Positions 30,092-39,081 of a stretch of DNA of 64,000 bases are shown piece after piece. The DNA comes from an uncultured Chloroflexia bacterium. GTDB taxonomy: Bacteria > Chloroflexota > Anaerolineae > JAAYZQ01. The notes beneath the pieces were generated by a model. It was given only the letters and a program-made list of their open reading frames with translations, made no database searches and was not told the DNA's origin. The position numbers and the translations under genes are program-made. The DNA is taken from contig CAVOXA010000005.1 of NCBI GenBank assembly GCA_963700285.1, forward strand, positions 64,001-128,000, written 5' to 3'. The first letter of the stretch is position 1, and each line of letters opens with the position of its first letter.

Positions 30092-32359
30092 TCACCGCCG
30101 TGGCTTTGCTCTCATGGACCGCAGTGCTGTGCCCGCTAGCAGGAGCGCGGCCCCCAGCATCGCCAGCCCCAGGGCCAGGATCGGAGTGGTAAGCTCGCCA
30201 CCCGTATCAGGAGGCTCGGTCACGAGTGTTACGGTGGCGTCATCCTGTCCGGTCGCTTCGCGCTGAATCGAGTCTATGACCGTGGCCGTGATGGTGTCGG
30301 TCACCATGAGGCCGACTTGGCCTTCCACGACAGCCTCAAACGTGCAGGTGTAGCTGTCTCCTGGTTGGATGACATCACCAAGCGCACAGGTACTGTTGGC
30401 AATCTGTGTGTTGCTCGCGTCGGTTGGGTCGCCATAGACATCATCTGTCAGGGCCCTGAGGCGAACAGGTACGCCCTCTGCGCTACCGTTGGTGACGTCA
30501 ACAAGGTATTGGATTGTGTCGCTGGGTACGTAGGCGACCTCGGGATCTGCCGTCTTGGTCACGGTGATGAGTAGGGGCGGTGCGGCGGTGATGGTTACGG
30601 TTGCGGTATCGCTGGCCTGTACCAGTGTGCCATTGGCGGCCGCGGCCTCAGTAGTCACCGGGTCCACCGACCCACTGGCAGTAGTGATCTGCGCCGTGGC
30701 GGTCACTGTGTCGGTCACAAGGTCGCCGGCGCTGCCCTCTACCCGGGCCTGGAAGGTGCACTGGTAGCTGCCACCTTGTTGGATGGTCTGGTCCAGTTGG
30801 CAGGTGCTGTTGGCAATCTCCGTGTTGCCTGGGTCGGTCAGGTCGCCATGGGGCGCGTCGTCCAGGCCGGTGAGGTCCGCCGCAATGTTGGCCACGCTGT
30901 CATTCTCCACCAGCACGGTGTAGGTCACCCGGCCCCGCGGCTCCATGACGGTGAGTGGTTCGACCGACTTGGTCACGGTGATACTGAGCACCGGCTCGTC
31001 GACAAAGGTACACAAGATGGCCTCTTCTGCGGCCAGCGCAATCCTGACGTTGGTCTCACCGTATTCGACGCGGCTGCTGTCCTGACCTTCGCACGTGATC
31101 TGCTGAAGACCCCAGCCCGCTGGTACCGTTTCGCTAAAGATGTAGGTCGCGTCGGGCGCCAGCCCGGTGAACGCTTGCTCACCGCCATGTGCCAGCGCAA
31201 AAGATGCCGGCGTGTCGTTGCTGGTGAATGCAAAGTCCCCAGCTATGCCAGGTGGGTCCGTCTGTTTCAGGATCGTGATACCATCTTCTCTTCGGGTGTT
31301 GGTGAAGGTACAGACGATGTCGTCGTCAGGCTGAAGCGACACCGCGTGGGGGCCAGGTCCGCTGCCACTGCCGGCCGTATCGGTCGTGCCGCGGTACACA
31401 CAATCCAGCGAGATGGCATAGTCGGGCAGAGCGGTCTCGCTGCCTGCCGTTTCACTAACTTGGTGCGTCGCACCTGGCTCAACACTCGTGCCTGCCGTGA
31501 CGGTTACGACTCCCGTGGTACCCAGGTCACCCACGCCTTCAACTGAGTCGGTATCGTCAATGTAGAGGTTAAAGAGACCTGGGTCCTCTTTCGGCTCGAG
31601 GCTCTTGACCAGTTCGATGTGGGCGGTTTGCAGGATGTACAACCCCGCAAGGTCGATGGCGCCTGCCCGACACTTGGAAGTCTCGTCCGGGACCGTGTCA
31701 CCTTCATCAGTGCAGTCAGTCGTCGGGTTGATGTCCCAGCTAATGACTGTTCCAACATCGGCAATGCCATTGCCGTCGCTGTCCTGACAGGTTAGTGTGA
31801 TGGTCTTGTTCTCGTTGAGGTAGTAGTAGGCGCTGGCTTCCCGCTGGATGTCACCACAGTCGTCTTCTCTGGCCAGCTCGCCGTTGTAGAATGGCCCAAA
31901 ACCGCCGGTCAGATCCAAATCCTCGTTGCTGGTCGAGACGGGGTGCAGGTAGTCGCGGAAGCAGGTAGTGCCGCGGTCAAGGGCATTCCCACCGTCATCC
32001 GCGATGTAGAGCCCGATGTCGTAGCGCCCGCTGGACCGAGACTGCAGGGTAGCCGCAATCTTGACCTCGATCTGCTCACCTGGAGTACAAGCCTCCGGTC
32101 CCTCTACCAGTTCGAGCAGCGTGAGTTCTACGTCCTCCGCCGTGCAGATGTTTGTCTGGTCAAAATCGGCTGCATCCCGGAGACAGGGTTGGCTTGCCGC
32201 CTGGCCCAGGAGTTCGTCCAGCCACGAAATGCGCGCTGACTTGGCTTCAGCCTGGAGCTGATACACCACCAGGGCCAGGCCTGCGACGAGCAGAACCAAC
32301 ACCAAAATCGTCAGAACCCACCGTGCCGCCATGGGCAATCTATTGAGAAGCTCAGCCAT
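30092..32359 (-). CDS. Sortase-anchored surface protein with tandem Ig-like domains
   Basis: Signal/TM at the N-terminus, duplicated ITVTK...IANSTC...Y.CTF domains, C-terminal PPDTG + hydrophobic helix + RAKPRR. Confidence 0.85.
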   Translation of the reverse strand: MAELLNRLPMAARWVLTILVLVLLVAGLALVVYQLQAEAKSARISWLDELLGQAASQPCLRDAADFDQTNICTAEDVELTLLELVEGPEACTPGEQIEVKIAATLQSRSSGRYDIGLYIADDGGNALDRGTTCFRDYLHPVSTSNEDLDLTGGFGPFYNGELAREDDCGDIQREASAYYYLNENKTITLTCQDSDGNGIADVGTVISWDINPTTDCTDEGDTVPDETSKCRAGAIDLAGLYILQTAHIELVKSLEPKEDPGLFNLYIDDTDSVEGVGDLGTTGVVTVTAGTSVEPGATHQVSETAGSETALPDYAISLDCVYRGTTDTAGSGSGPGPHAVSLQPDDDIVCTFTNTRREDGITILKQTDPPGIAGDFAFTSNDTPASFALAHGGEQAFTGLAPDATYIFSETVPAGWGLQQITCEGQDSSRVEYGETNVRIALAAEEAILCTFVDEPVLSITVTKSVEPLTVMEPRGRVTYTVLVENDSVANIAADLTGLDDAPHGDLTDPGNTEIANSTCQLDQTIQQGGSYQCTFQARVEGSAGDLVTDTVTATAQITTASGSVDPVTTEAAAANGTLVQASDTATVTITAAPPLLITVTKTADPEVAYVPSDTIQYLVDVTNGSAEGVPVRLRALTDDVYGDPTDASNTQIANSTCALGDVIQPGDSYTCTFEAVVEGQVGLMVTDTITATVIDSIQREATGQDDATVTLVTEPPDTGGELTTPILALGLAMLGAALLLAGTALRSMRAKPRR

Positions 32360-32387
32360 TGGATCCCTCCTCTGTGTACTTTGGCGT

Positions 32388-32415
32388 ATTATACACGATT
32401 TCTGGCAATTGTCAA
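32388..32415 (-). promoter_or_regulatory. Consensus sigma70 promoter of the surface-protein gene
   Basis: TTGACA-16 bp-TATAAT; GGAGGG RBS downstream. Confidence 0.7.
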
Positions 32416-32492
32416 CTAGAGCATCGAGTAAAAATCTAAAATAGCTTAAAATTTAACGAATCAAGCGGTTTGATCGGTTATATGCCTAGAAA

Positions 32493-32521
32493 TTGACTTT
32501 TTCGGGGTTCTTGGTTATAAT
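32493..32521 (+). promoter_or_regulatory. Sigma70 promoter of sortase, predicted leaderless
   Basis: TTGACT-17 bp-TATAAT, 6 nt before ATG 32528. Confidence 0.7.
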
Positions 32522-32527
32522 GCGCCC

Positions 32528-33553
32528 ATGGAACGAAAACCAAAGCTGGCCACTGAAGCTACATCGATCCTCTCTGCCTCGCAGCGGGCCATGGCCGTGT
32601 GGCTGCTCAGCCGGTTGTCGCTGCTGCTGGTCATCGCGCTCGTTGCCCTTCCAGGGCTGTTCGCGCTGGACCTGATGGCCGGGCCACCGCGCCCGGAACA
32701 GGCACGCTTGCCGGTCAGTTCCCAGGAGTCTTTCTCGCCTTCTAGGGAGAACCGGGGGACCGGAGTGCGCCTGGCCGGGGACCGCCGGTCCGGCGCCAGT
32801 GCCACACCGACGGCTCTTCCAGACACGAGCACAGCTATCGGCCTGAATCGGTCGCGGGCCATTGTCTCTGCCACCAGGCCTCAGGCAATCGTGCTCAGCC
32901 AGCCAGAGTCACAGCAGGTTCAGAGCACCGTCGCGCCGCCCGTTGCTGTGACGGTGTCAGTTTCCCCGCCCGCGACGGCAGCCTCGTCAGTGACGGCGGC
33001 TACTCTGGTGCGACCGGCTCTGATCCAAGCGACGATGGTTCCAACGCAAGCTAGCATCCTGGATCCGGGAACCTCGCCTGTACAAATCCGGATCCCGGCC
33101 ATCAAGGTAAAGCGCTCTATTATCGAGTTGCCCCAGATCCAGGACCCGAAAACTGGGTCGTGGACGCAAGATCTTGAGGTTCTCTTCCGCAAGGGCCGCA
33201 AGGATCTCGTTGGCCACTATGAACACTCTGCACAGCCAGGCCAAGCCGGGAATACGATCCTTGTTGGGCACAACTATGGGTACGGCACCAAAGGTGTCTT
33301 TCTCAAGCTTGGTCGCCTGCAGCAAGGACAGAAGATAGAGGTGGTCAATGCGGCGGGCCAGACCTTCACCTACCAGGTCACTCTGGTTGAAAAGGTTCCC
33401 TGGCGGAGCAAGGATGCGAACGAGCTGGTCCAGCACGCTAGACTCCTGGCGCTCTCGGGTGGCGAACGCCTGACGCTGGTGACCTGTGGTGGATCCAATA
33501 TCCAGCCTTTCCCCGCTCGCATCTATGTCGTCGCCGAGCCGGTTCGCGACTAG
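32528..33553 (+). CDS. Sortase (class E/F-like)
   Basis: TM anchor, low-complexity linker, IRIPAI, ILVGHN (His), LTLVTCGG (Cys), ARIYV (Arg). Confidence 0.88.
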   Translation: MERKPKLATEATSILSASQRAMAVWLLSRLSLLLVIALVALPGLFALDLMAGPPRPEQARLPVSSQESFSPSRENRGTGVRLAGDRRSGASATPTALPDTSTAIGLNRSRAIVSATRPQAIVLSQPESQQVQSTVAPPVAVTVSVSPPATAASSVTAATLVRPALIQATMVPTQASILDPGTSPVQIRIPAIKVKRSIIELPQIQDPKTGSWTQDLEVLFRKGRKDLVGHYEHSAQPGQAGNTILVGHNYGYGTKGVFLKLGRLQQGQKIEVVNAAGQTFTYQVTLVEKVPWRSKDANELVQHARLLALSGGERLTLVTCGGSNIQPFPARIYVVAEPVRD

Positions 33554-33648
33554 GTCTGGAAAACATCGCACGAAAAGCTCCGAACGTTCGGCGTGACTAT
33601 GCCGCCCCCTAGTTGTCCGTTGGCCGCTTCCTATGCTATAATGCGCCG

Positions 33649-34827
33649 GTGAATGACATGGCTATCAACTTTGCATTGCTGCATGCCGATGCCGACAGCC
33701 GCGCCCGTTTGGGGCGGATCGATACACCACACGGCTCTATAGCCACGCCGGCCTTTGCTCCTGTGGGTACCCAGGCGACGGTCAAGGCCCTCGATCCTCG
33801 GGACCTGCATGAGCTGGGTGCCGAACTGATCCTGGCCAATACCTATCACCTCTACTTGCGGCCGGGCGCGGAAGTAGTTGCCGAGCTGGGGGGCCTGCAC
33901 GGCTTTATGGGTTGGGACGGACCTATCCTGACCGATTCGGGCGGCTTCCAGGTCTTTAGCCTGGCCGGCCGGCGCCAGGTTAGTGACGAGGGCGTACTCT
34001 TTCGCTCTCACATCGATGGTTCGCAGCACCACTTTGGCCCTGAAATGGTGATCGGCGTCCAGGAGCAATTGGGAGCGGACATCATCATGTGCCTGGACGA
34101 GTGCGCCGAGCCGCATGACCACACCTACGCGGAGCAGGCGATGGCCCGCACCCATGCCTGGGCGGAACGCTGCCGCACCGCCCAGACCCGGTCTGATCAG
34201 GCGCTCTTTGGCATCGTCCAGGGTGGGGTCTTTGCTGATCTCCGGGTCCGGAGCGCCGAGTACCTGGTCGACCTCGACTTCCCAGGTTATGCCATTGGGG
34301 GACTGAGTGTGGGCGAGAGCAAGGCGCTGATGTACGAAATGCTTGACATAACGGTGCCTGTGCTCCCCGCGGATAGGCCCAGGTACCTGATGGGCGTCGG
34401 TGCGCCGGAGGATCTACTGCAGGGTGTGGCCCGGGGGGTTGATCTCTTTGATTGCGTACTGCCCACCCGCCTTGCCCGCAACGCGTCGCTTTTCACCCGG
34501 CAGGGACGGCTTAACATGCGCAATGCTGCCTGGGCGCGGGAGCCGGCGGTTGTCGAGGAGGGTTGTGCCTGTTACACCTGCCGCCACTTCTCGCGCGCCT
34601 ACCTGCGCCACCTGTTCAAAGCGGGCGAGCTGCTGGCCTACCGATTGGCCACCATCCACAATGTCCATTTCCTGTTGAAACTCATGTGCGACATCCGGCA
34701 GGCCATCGCGGCTGGGACCTTTACCGCTTTCAGGCAGGAATTTCTGGCTGACTATCCCATCGTTCCCGACAAAGTCCGAGCCCAGAATCGAGCAAAGCGC
34801 AAAACACGGGGAGGACAGAACAGATAG
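33649..34827 (+). CDS. tgt: Queuine tRNA-ribosyltransferase
   Basis: PVGTQATVK, LANTYHL, LTDSGGFQVFSL, FDCVLPTR, CACYTC; start GTG 33649 or ATG 33658. Confidence 0.96.
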   Translation: MNDMAINFALLHADADSRARLGRIDTPHGSIATPAFAPVGTQATVKALDPRDLHELGAELILANTYHLYLRPGAEVVAELGGLHGFMGWDGPILTDSGGFQVFSLAGRRQVSDEGVLFRSHIDGSQHHFGPEMVIGVQEQLGADIIMCLDECAEPHDHTYAEQAMARTHAWAERCRTAQTRSDQALFGIVQGGVFADLRVRSAEYLVDLDFPGYAIGGLSVGESKALMYEMLDITVPVLPADRPRYLMGVGAPEDLLQGVARGVDLFDCVLPTRLARNASLFTRQGRLNMRNAAWAREPAVVEEGCACYTCRHFSRAYLRHLFKAGELLAYRLATIHNVHFLLKLMCDIRQAIAAGTFTAFRQEFLADYPIVPDKVRAQNRAKRKTRGGQNR

Positions 34828-34835
34828 GGAAGTAT

Positions 34836-34868
34836 GGCAGGGGGTGTTTCCTGGACCCTGCTTCTTTG
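34836..34868 (+). terminator. Possible intrinsic terminator after tgt
   Basis: GGCAGGG...CCCTGCT stem followed by TCTTT. Confidence 0.4.
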
Positions 34869-34917
34869 GTAATACGCGATACGCATTACAGGTCACAGAT
34901 CAACCTACTGAGGGCTC

Positions 34918-35727
34918 ATGGATCTAGTTCAAGCAATCATACTCGGCATTATCCAGGGTGCAACCGAGTTCATACCTGTGTCCAGCTCGGGCCATCTGGT
35001 CCTGGTACCCTGGCTGTTGGGCTGGGAGCCTCCTGGCCTGGTCTTTGACACGGTGGTCCATTGGGGCACGCTGGTGGCCGTGCTGGCCTATTTCTGGCGA
35101 GATTGGTGGAATTTGATCACGGCCTGGCTGAGCGGGCTGTTTCGCTGGGACTGGCGCGATCCCAATGCCAGGTTGATGTGGCTGATCCTGGTGGGCAGCA
35201 TCCCGGCCGTGGTCATTGGATTCCTGCTGGAGGACTTTTTTGAGTCATTGTTTGGCCAGCCTGTTTGGGTCAGCGTTTTTATGCTGGTGACAGCCGGCTT
35301 GCTGGCCTCTGCCGAGTGGCTGGGCAAAAAAACGCGGGACCTGGATAGTCTGCGCTGGTCCGACGCGCTGATCGTTGGCTTGGGGCAAGCAGCGGCCATT
35401 GCGCCGGGCATCTCTCGTTCCGGGGCGACGATTTCGGTGGGACTTTATCGGGGCGTGAAGCGGGCAGCGGCCGCTCGCTTTAGCTTTCTCCTGGGAACCC
35501 CCATCATTCTTGGAGCAGGTTTCCTCAAGATCACCGATCTCTTTTCTGTTCCAAACGCAATGGCCCAGGTGCCGAGCCTGGTGGCAGGCTTTCTGACTGC
35601 GGCCGTCGTCGGCTACTTGTGTATTTGGTTCCTGCTGCGCTATCTGCAGCGGGGCAAGCTGTACCCTTTTGCAATCTACTGCTTCTTGATAGGGATCGCG
35701 TGTCTCGTCGTGGCTTGGCTGGATTAG
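34918..35727 (+). CDS. uppP: Undecaprenyl-diphosphate phosphatase
   Basis: QGATEFIPVSSSGHL, PGISRSGAT and ARFSFLL motifs. Confidence 0.95.
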   Translation: MDLVQAIILGIIQGATEFIPVSSSGHLVLVPWLLGWEPPGLVFDTVVHWGTLVAVLAYFWRDWWNLITAWLSGLFRWDWRDPNARLMWLILVGSIPAVVIGFLLEDFFESLFGQPVWVSVFMLVTAGLLASAEWLGKKTRDLDSLRWSDALIVGLGQAAAIAPGISRSGATISVGLYRGVKRAAAARFSFLLGTPIILGAGFLKITDLFSVPNAMAQVPSLVAGFLTAAVVGYLCIWFLLRYLQRGKLYPFAIYCFLIGIACLVVAWLD

Positions 35728-35771
35728 TTCCATCGCCAACCTTCCTGCGGCGGGCCGAGAAAGGGAGGTTG

Positions 35772-36638
35772 ATGGTTGGAGTACCGACGCGCCCCCCGTG
35801 GGCTGCCCTGGCTCTCATCCTTGTGATGCTGGCCGGGTGTGGCGAGCCGCTGTCGACGCCTGAACCGGTCTATTTGCGGGCGGCGGGTTCCATGCCGATG
35901 GGCCCCCTCGTTGAGGAACTGGTCGCGGGCTTTCGAGAACAGACCCCGTCGGTCAGCATCGAGATCTCTGGCCTGGAACCCTACGGAGGTTTGGGAACCA
36001 GGTATGGTCTGGATGCACTACGCAATGGGGAAGTCGACCTGGCCCTGGCCTCGTGGTTGCCCCGAGACCCATCCCTGTCTGGCCCTTTGGGTCCGCCGCT
36101 CGATCCGGATTGGCATGCCACGGCCATCGCCCGTGACGGGATCGCCATCATCGTCCATCCAGCCAATCCCCTTCAAGGCCTAGGTCTATTGCAGTTGCGC
36201 GATCTATTTAGCGGGCGCAATGACGAATGGCGCGCACTGGGCGGCGTGGCGGCTCAGGGCCAGGTTCTTCCGGTGAGCCGCGAAGCTGGTTCCGGTACCC
36301 GTGCCGCGTTTGAGACACTGGTGATGGAGCATCTTTCGGTGACGCCAGGGGCGCTGATTGCCCCTTCCGGCGAGGCGGTGGTTGGCCATGTGGCCGAGAA
36401 CCCGCAGGCCATCGGCTACGTGTCCACGAGTGAGGTGGGGCCCGGTGTCAAAGTGCTCCAGGTCGAAGGCGAACTACCCACACCCAAAGCTGTGGAGCTG
36501 GGCATTTATGCGCTTACCCGCGAGTTGTGGCTGGTCACGCCTACTCAACCCTCAGGACTGCTGCAGGATTTCGTGGAATTTGCCCTGAGTCCCGCCGGCC
36601 AACAAATTGTCGAAGGGCGCGGTGGGCGCATCCACTAG
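35772..36638 (+). CDS. PstS-like substrate-binding lipoprotein (stand-alone)
   Basis: LAGC lipobox, IARDGIAIIVHP, SREAGSGTR, AIGYVS. Confidence 0.8.
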   Translation: MVGVPTRPPWAALALILVMLAGCGEPLSTPEPVYLRAAGSMPMGPLVEELVAGFREQTPSVSIEISGLEPYGGLGTRYGLDALRNGEVDLALASWLPRDPSLSGPLGPPLDPDWHATAIARDGIAIIVHPANPLQGLGLLQLRDLFSGRNDEWRALGGVAAQGQVLPVSREAGSGTRAAFETLVMEHLSVTPGALIAPSGEAVVGHVAENPQAIGYVSTSEVGPGVKVLQVEGELPTPKAVELGIYALTRELWLVTPTQPSGLLQDFVEFALSPAGQQIVEGRGGRIH

Positions 36639-36678
36639 AACGCCAGTGCCGGTCGATGTGCTTCCAGACCGGCCCTGC

Positions 36679-37980
36679 TCAGCCCAGCGAGTACTCCATG
36701 GCGTGGTCCATGTCCGCGACCTCCCGCCTAAAGGCGAGGACGTTGATGTGCAGGAGCAGACCGGTAACCAGCAGCAGCCCGATGGCTTCGATGCCAAAGA
36801 TGAGGGCATAGGCCACGTGGGTTGCTCCGCCGATGCCGACGACCAGGTCATGGATGCTTCCACTGAGCACCGAGGAACCAAACTTGGCCAGTGCCTGGGC
36901 CAGTGTCCAGGCCCCCACAAAAAGGCCTGCCTGGCCATTGATCGTTAGATCCATCATCAGCGAGACACCGCCGACTGTAAAGGCGCCGGTGCCCAGCCCC
37001 ATGAGAAGGATCGCGGGCGCGACCGGCCCAGGATTGCGGTCCAGGGCGATCAGGGCCAGCATCGCAAAAGCCGCCACGCCGATGAGGTTGCCAGCGGCCG
37101 CCGTCCGCTTCTTTCCGATGCGCGGTATCACGATTGCGCCCCCAATCAGCAGTCCGGCGATGACACCCACCATGTTGTAGGCGTTGAACATGGTCGTCTC
37201 GCGGACGCTTAGGTGGAGGACCTCGCCGCCAAAGGGCTCCAGAATTACGTCCTGCATAAAGTGAAAAAAGAGGCCAAGTAAGAGAAAGAGGAAGAACAGC
37301 CGTGTTTGCCGGCTGTGGCTGAGGATCCGAAGGGATACGCGCAAGGAGGATGTGCTGGCGGAGTGAGGGCTGGCTCGCCGCCGTTCCGTGCGCCACAGGG
37401 CCACCAAGGTGAAGACCACAACCAGCGCCCCGGCCAGGGCAAAGAGGCTCACCAGGCGGCCAAATGAGAAGGGTTGCAGATAGGCCGCGCCGCCCAGTGC
37501 TCCGAGAAGAATGCCCACCATCATTACTGTCCAGATGATGCTGACAACGCGGCCCCTCTCTGCTTCTCCGGTACGATCGGTAACCAGGGCCAAATAGGTC
37601 GTGGCGCCGATGCTCACTCCCAGTCCCTCGACAAAGAAGAAGGCAAAGCCAAAACCCAGGCGGATGGGAGATGGATCCTGGGCAACAAAGGCAGCGACAA
37701 AAGGAGCGGTTACCACCGTCAGGACGGCCACGGCTGTCCCTGCCAGGATGTAAGGCAGCCGATGATAGCCCTTGTACGGATGGGTGTCAGAGTAGTGACC
37801 GATGGGGATGGAAACCAGGGCGGCCAGATAATGGGCGCCGCCCAAGGTGAGCCCAACAAGCGCCAAGTCCAGTCCCATCTCTACGCGGAGGATGCGGTTG
37901 AGGGTACCCAGCATCAGAACGGATACCGCTCCCAGCCAGAATTGGTACAGTGACAGACGCAGGGTTTGAGCGAGCTTCAT
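36679..37980 (-). CDS. PucC/BCD-family MFS transporter
   Basis: LRLSLYQ..G..SVLMLGTLNR, GHYSD...RLPYI, QDVILEPFGG, GLFVGAW. Confidence 0.82.
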   Translation of the reverse strand: MKLAQTLRLSLYQFWLGAVSVLMLGTLNRILRVEMGLDLALVGLTLGGAHYLAALVSIPIGHYSDTHPYKGYHRLPYILAGTAVAVLTVVTAPFVAAFVAQDPSPIRLGFGFAFFFVEGLGVSIGATTYLALVTDRTGEAERGRVVSIIWTVMMVGILLGALGGAAYLQPFSFGRLVSLFALAGALVVVFTLVALWRTERRRASPHSASTSSLRVSLRILSHSRQTRLFFLFLLLGLFFHFMQDVILEPFGGEVLHLSVRETTMFNAYNMVGVIAGLLIGGAIVIPRIGKKRTAAAGNLIGVAAFAMLALIALDRNPGPVAPAILLMGLGTGAFTVGGVSLMMDLTINGQAGLFVGAWTLAQALAKFGSSVLSGSIHDLVVGIGGATHVAYALIFGIEAIGLLLVTGLLLHINVLAFRREVADMDHAMEYSLG

Positions 37981-38405
37981 GTCAGCGTGGGATCCGCTCT
38001 CCCAGCAGGGTTGGCCAGGTCATCAAAGGTCGTACAGTTCAGCAGGTTGATCAGTTCTCCCTGGGCCCTGGCCCAGATATCGTGTACCGGGCAGTGACCG
38101 TTCTGAGGACAGGCATCGGGCTCGATAAGGCAGCGGTTCAACCGGACCGGGCCCTCCAGTGCTTCAATGACCTGCAGGAGGTTGATATCTGCTGCTGGCC
38201 GGGCCAGCATCACACCCCCGCCCGCACCCCGGTAGGTCGTCACCAGTCCTGCCAGGGACAACTGCGAGACGATCTTGGCCAGGAATGGGCTGGGGATGTT
38301 CTGGCGTTCGGCTATCTCTTGCGTCGAGGTTCGCTCACACTCGGTTTGCGTGGCCAAATCAAGGATGACTCTCACGCCATAGTCTGTTCGCCTGCTAATC
38401 TCCAT
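37977..38405 (-). CDS. Rrf2-family regulator with three Cys (Fe-S type)
   Basis: DYGVR, FLAKIVSQL, RGAGGG, CLIEPDACPQNGHC. Confidence 0.92.
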   Translation of the reverse strand: MEISRRTDYGVRVILDLATQTECERTSTQEIAERQNIPSPFLAKIVSQLSLAGLVTTYRGAGGGVMLARPAADINLLQVIEALEGPVRLNRCLIEPDACPQNGHCPVHDIWARAQGELINLLNCTTFDDLANPAGRADPTLT

Positions 38406-38443
38406 TGATTGTGCATCCTTTCATGTGGCTTGTTGGCCGGCCG

Positions 38444-38501
38444 AATTGGACAGGTTTGGCCCAATTAAGGCAATTATATCTATTCGCTTGGTTTTTGTCA
38501 A
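38444..38501 (-). promoter_or_regulatory. Consensus promoter of rrf2 operon with candidate operator
   Basis: TTGACA-17 bp-TATAAT (38501-38473); inverted repeat AATTGGAC-N7-GCCCAATT at 38444-38466. Confidence 0.7.
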
Positions 38502-38651
38502 ACCCATTGTTTGCAAGTATAATGCCCCGGGTTGAGTTTGGGAGCTAGGCAGGGGCAAAGGACATGCTGGTTGGCGGGTTCGGCGGACTGCTTGCTGACC
38601 TCGGGGCAAACCTCTGATCCTCTAGTTTCCCGGATGGGAGGCAGCGTGAGC

Positions 38652-39056
38652 ATGGAAGCTCGGGTAACTTGGGTTGAGGAAAAGCGATTTGTCGGCCAGG
38701 GCGCCTCTGGTCACGGCATTGTGGTGGATGCCAGCGCTGAGAAGTTGGGGTCTTCACCGATGGAACTGGTGCTCATTGGCACGGCTGGTTGCACCGCCTA
38801 CGACGTGTTGTCGATCCTGCAGAAAAAGCGCCAGCAGGTGACCGGCCTGGAGGTACGAGCCCGGGGCCAGCGGGCAGAGTCTCCACCTAGGGTCTATACG
38901 GAGATTGATCTCGAATATGTGGTTCGCGGGCGGGGGGTAAAGCCCAGTGATGTGGAGCACGCCATCCGCCTTTCCAAGGAAAAGTATTGCTCGGCTTCCA
39001 TCATGCTGGGCAAAACGGCACAGATCCGCACGACCTTCCGCATTGAAGAGGATTGA
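38652..39056 (+). CDS. OsmC/YhfA-family protein
   Basis: SPMELVLIGTAGC and LSKEKYCS motifs. Confidence 0.9.
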   Translation: MEARVTWVEEKRFVGQGASGHGIVVDASAEKLGSSPMELVLIGTAGCTAYDVLSILQKKRQQVTGLEVRARGQRAESPPRVYTEIDLEYVVRGRGVKPSDVEHAIRLSKEKYCSASIMLGKTAQIRTTFRIEED

Positions 39057-39081
39057 GTTCGACACCAAGAGCAGCGATCTG

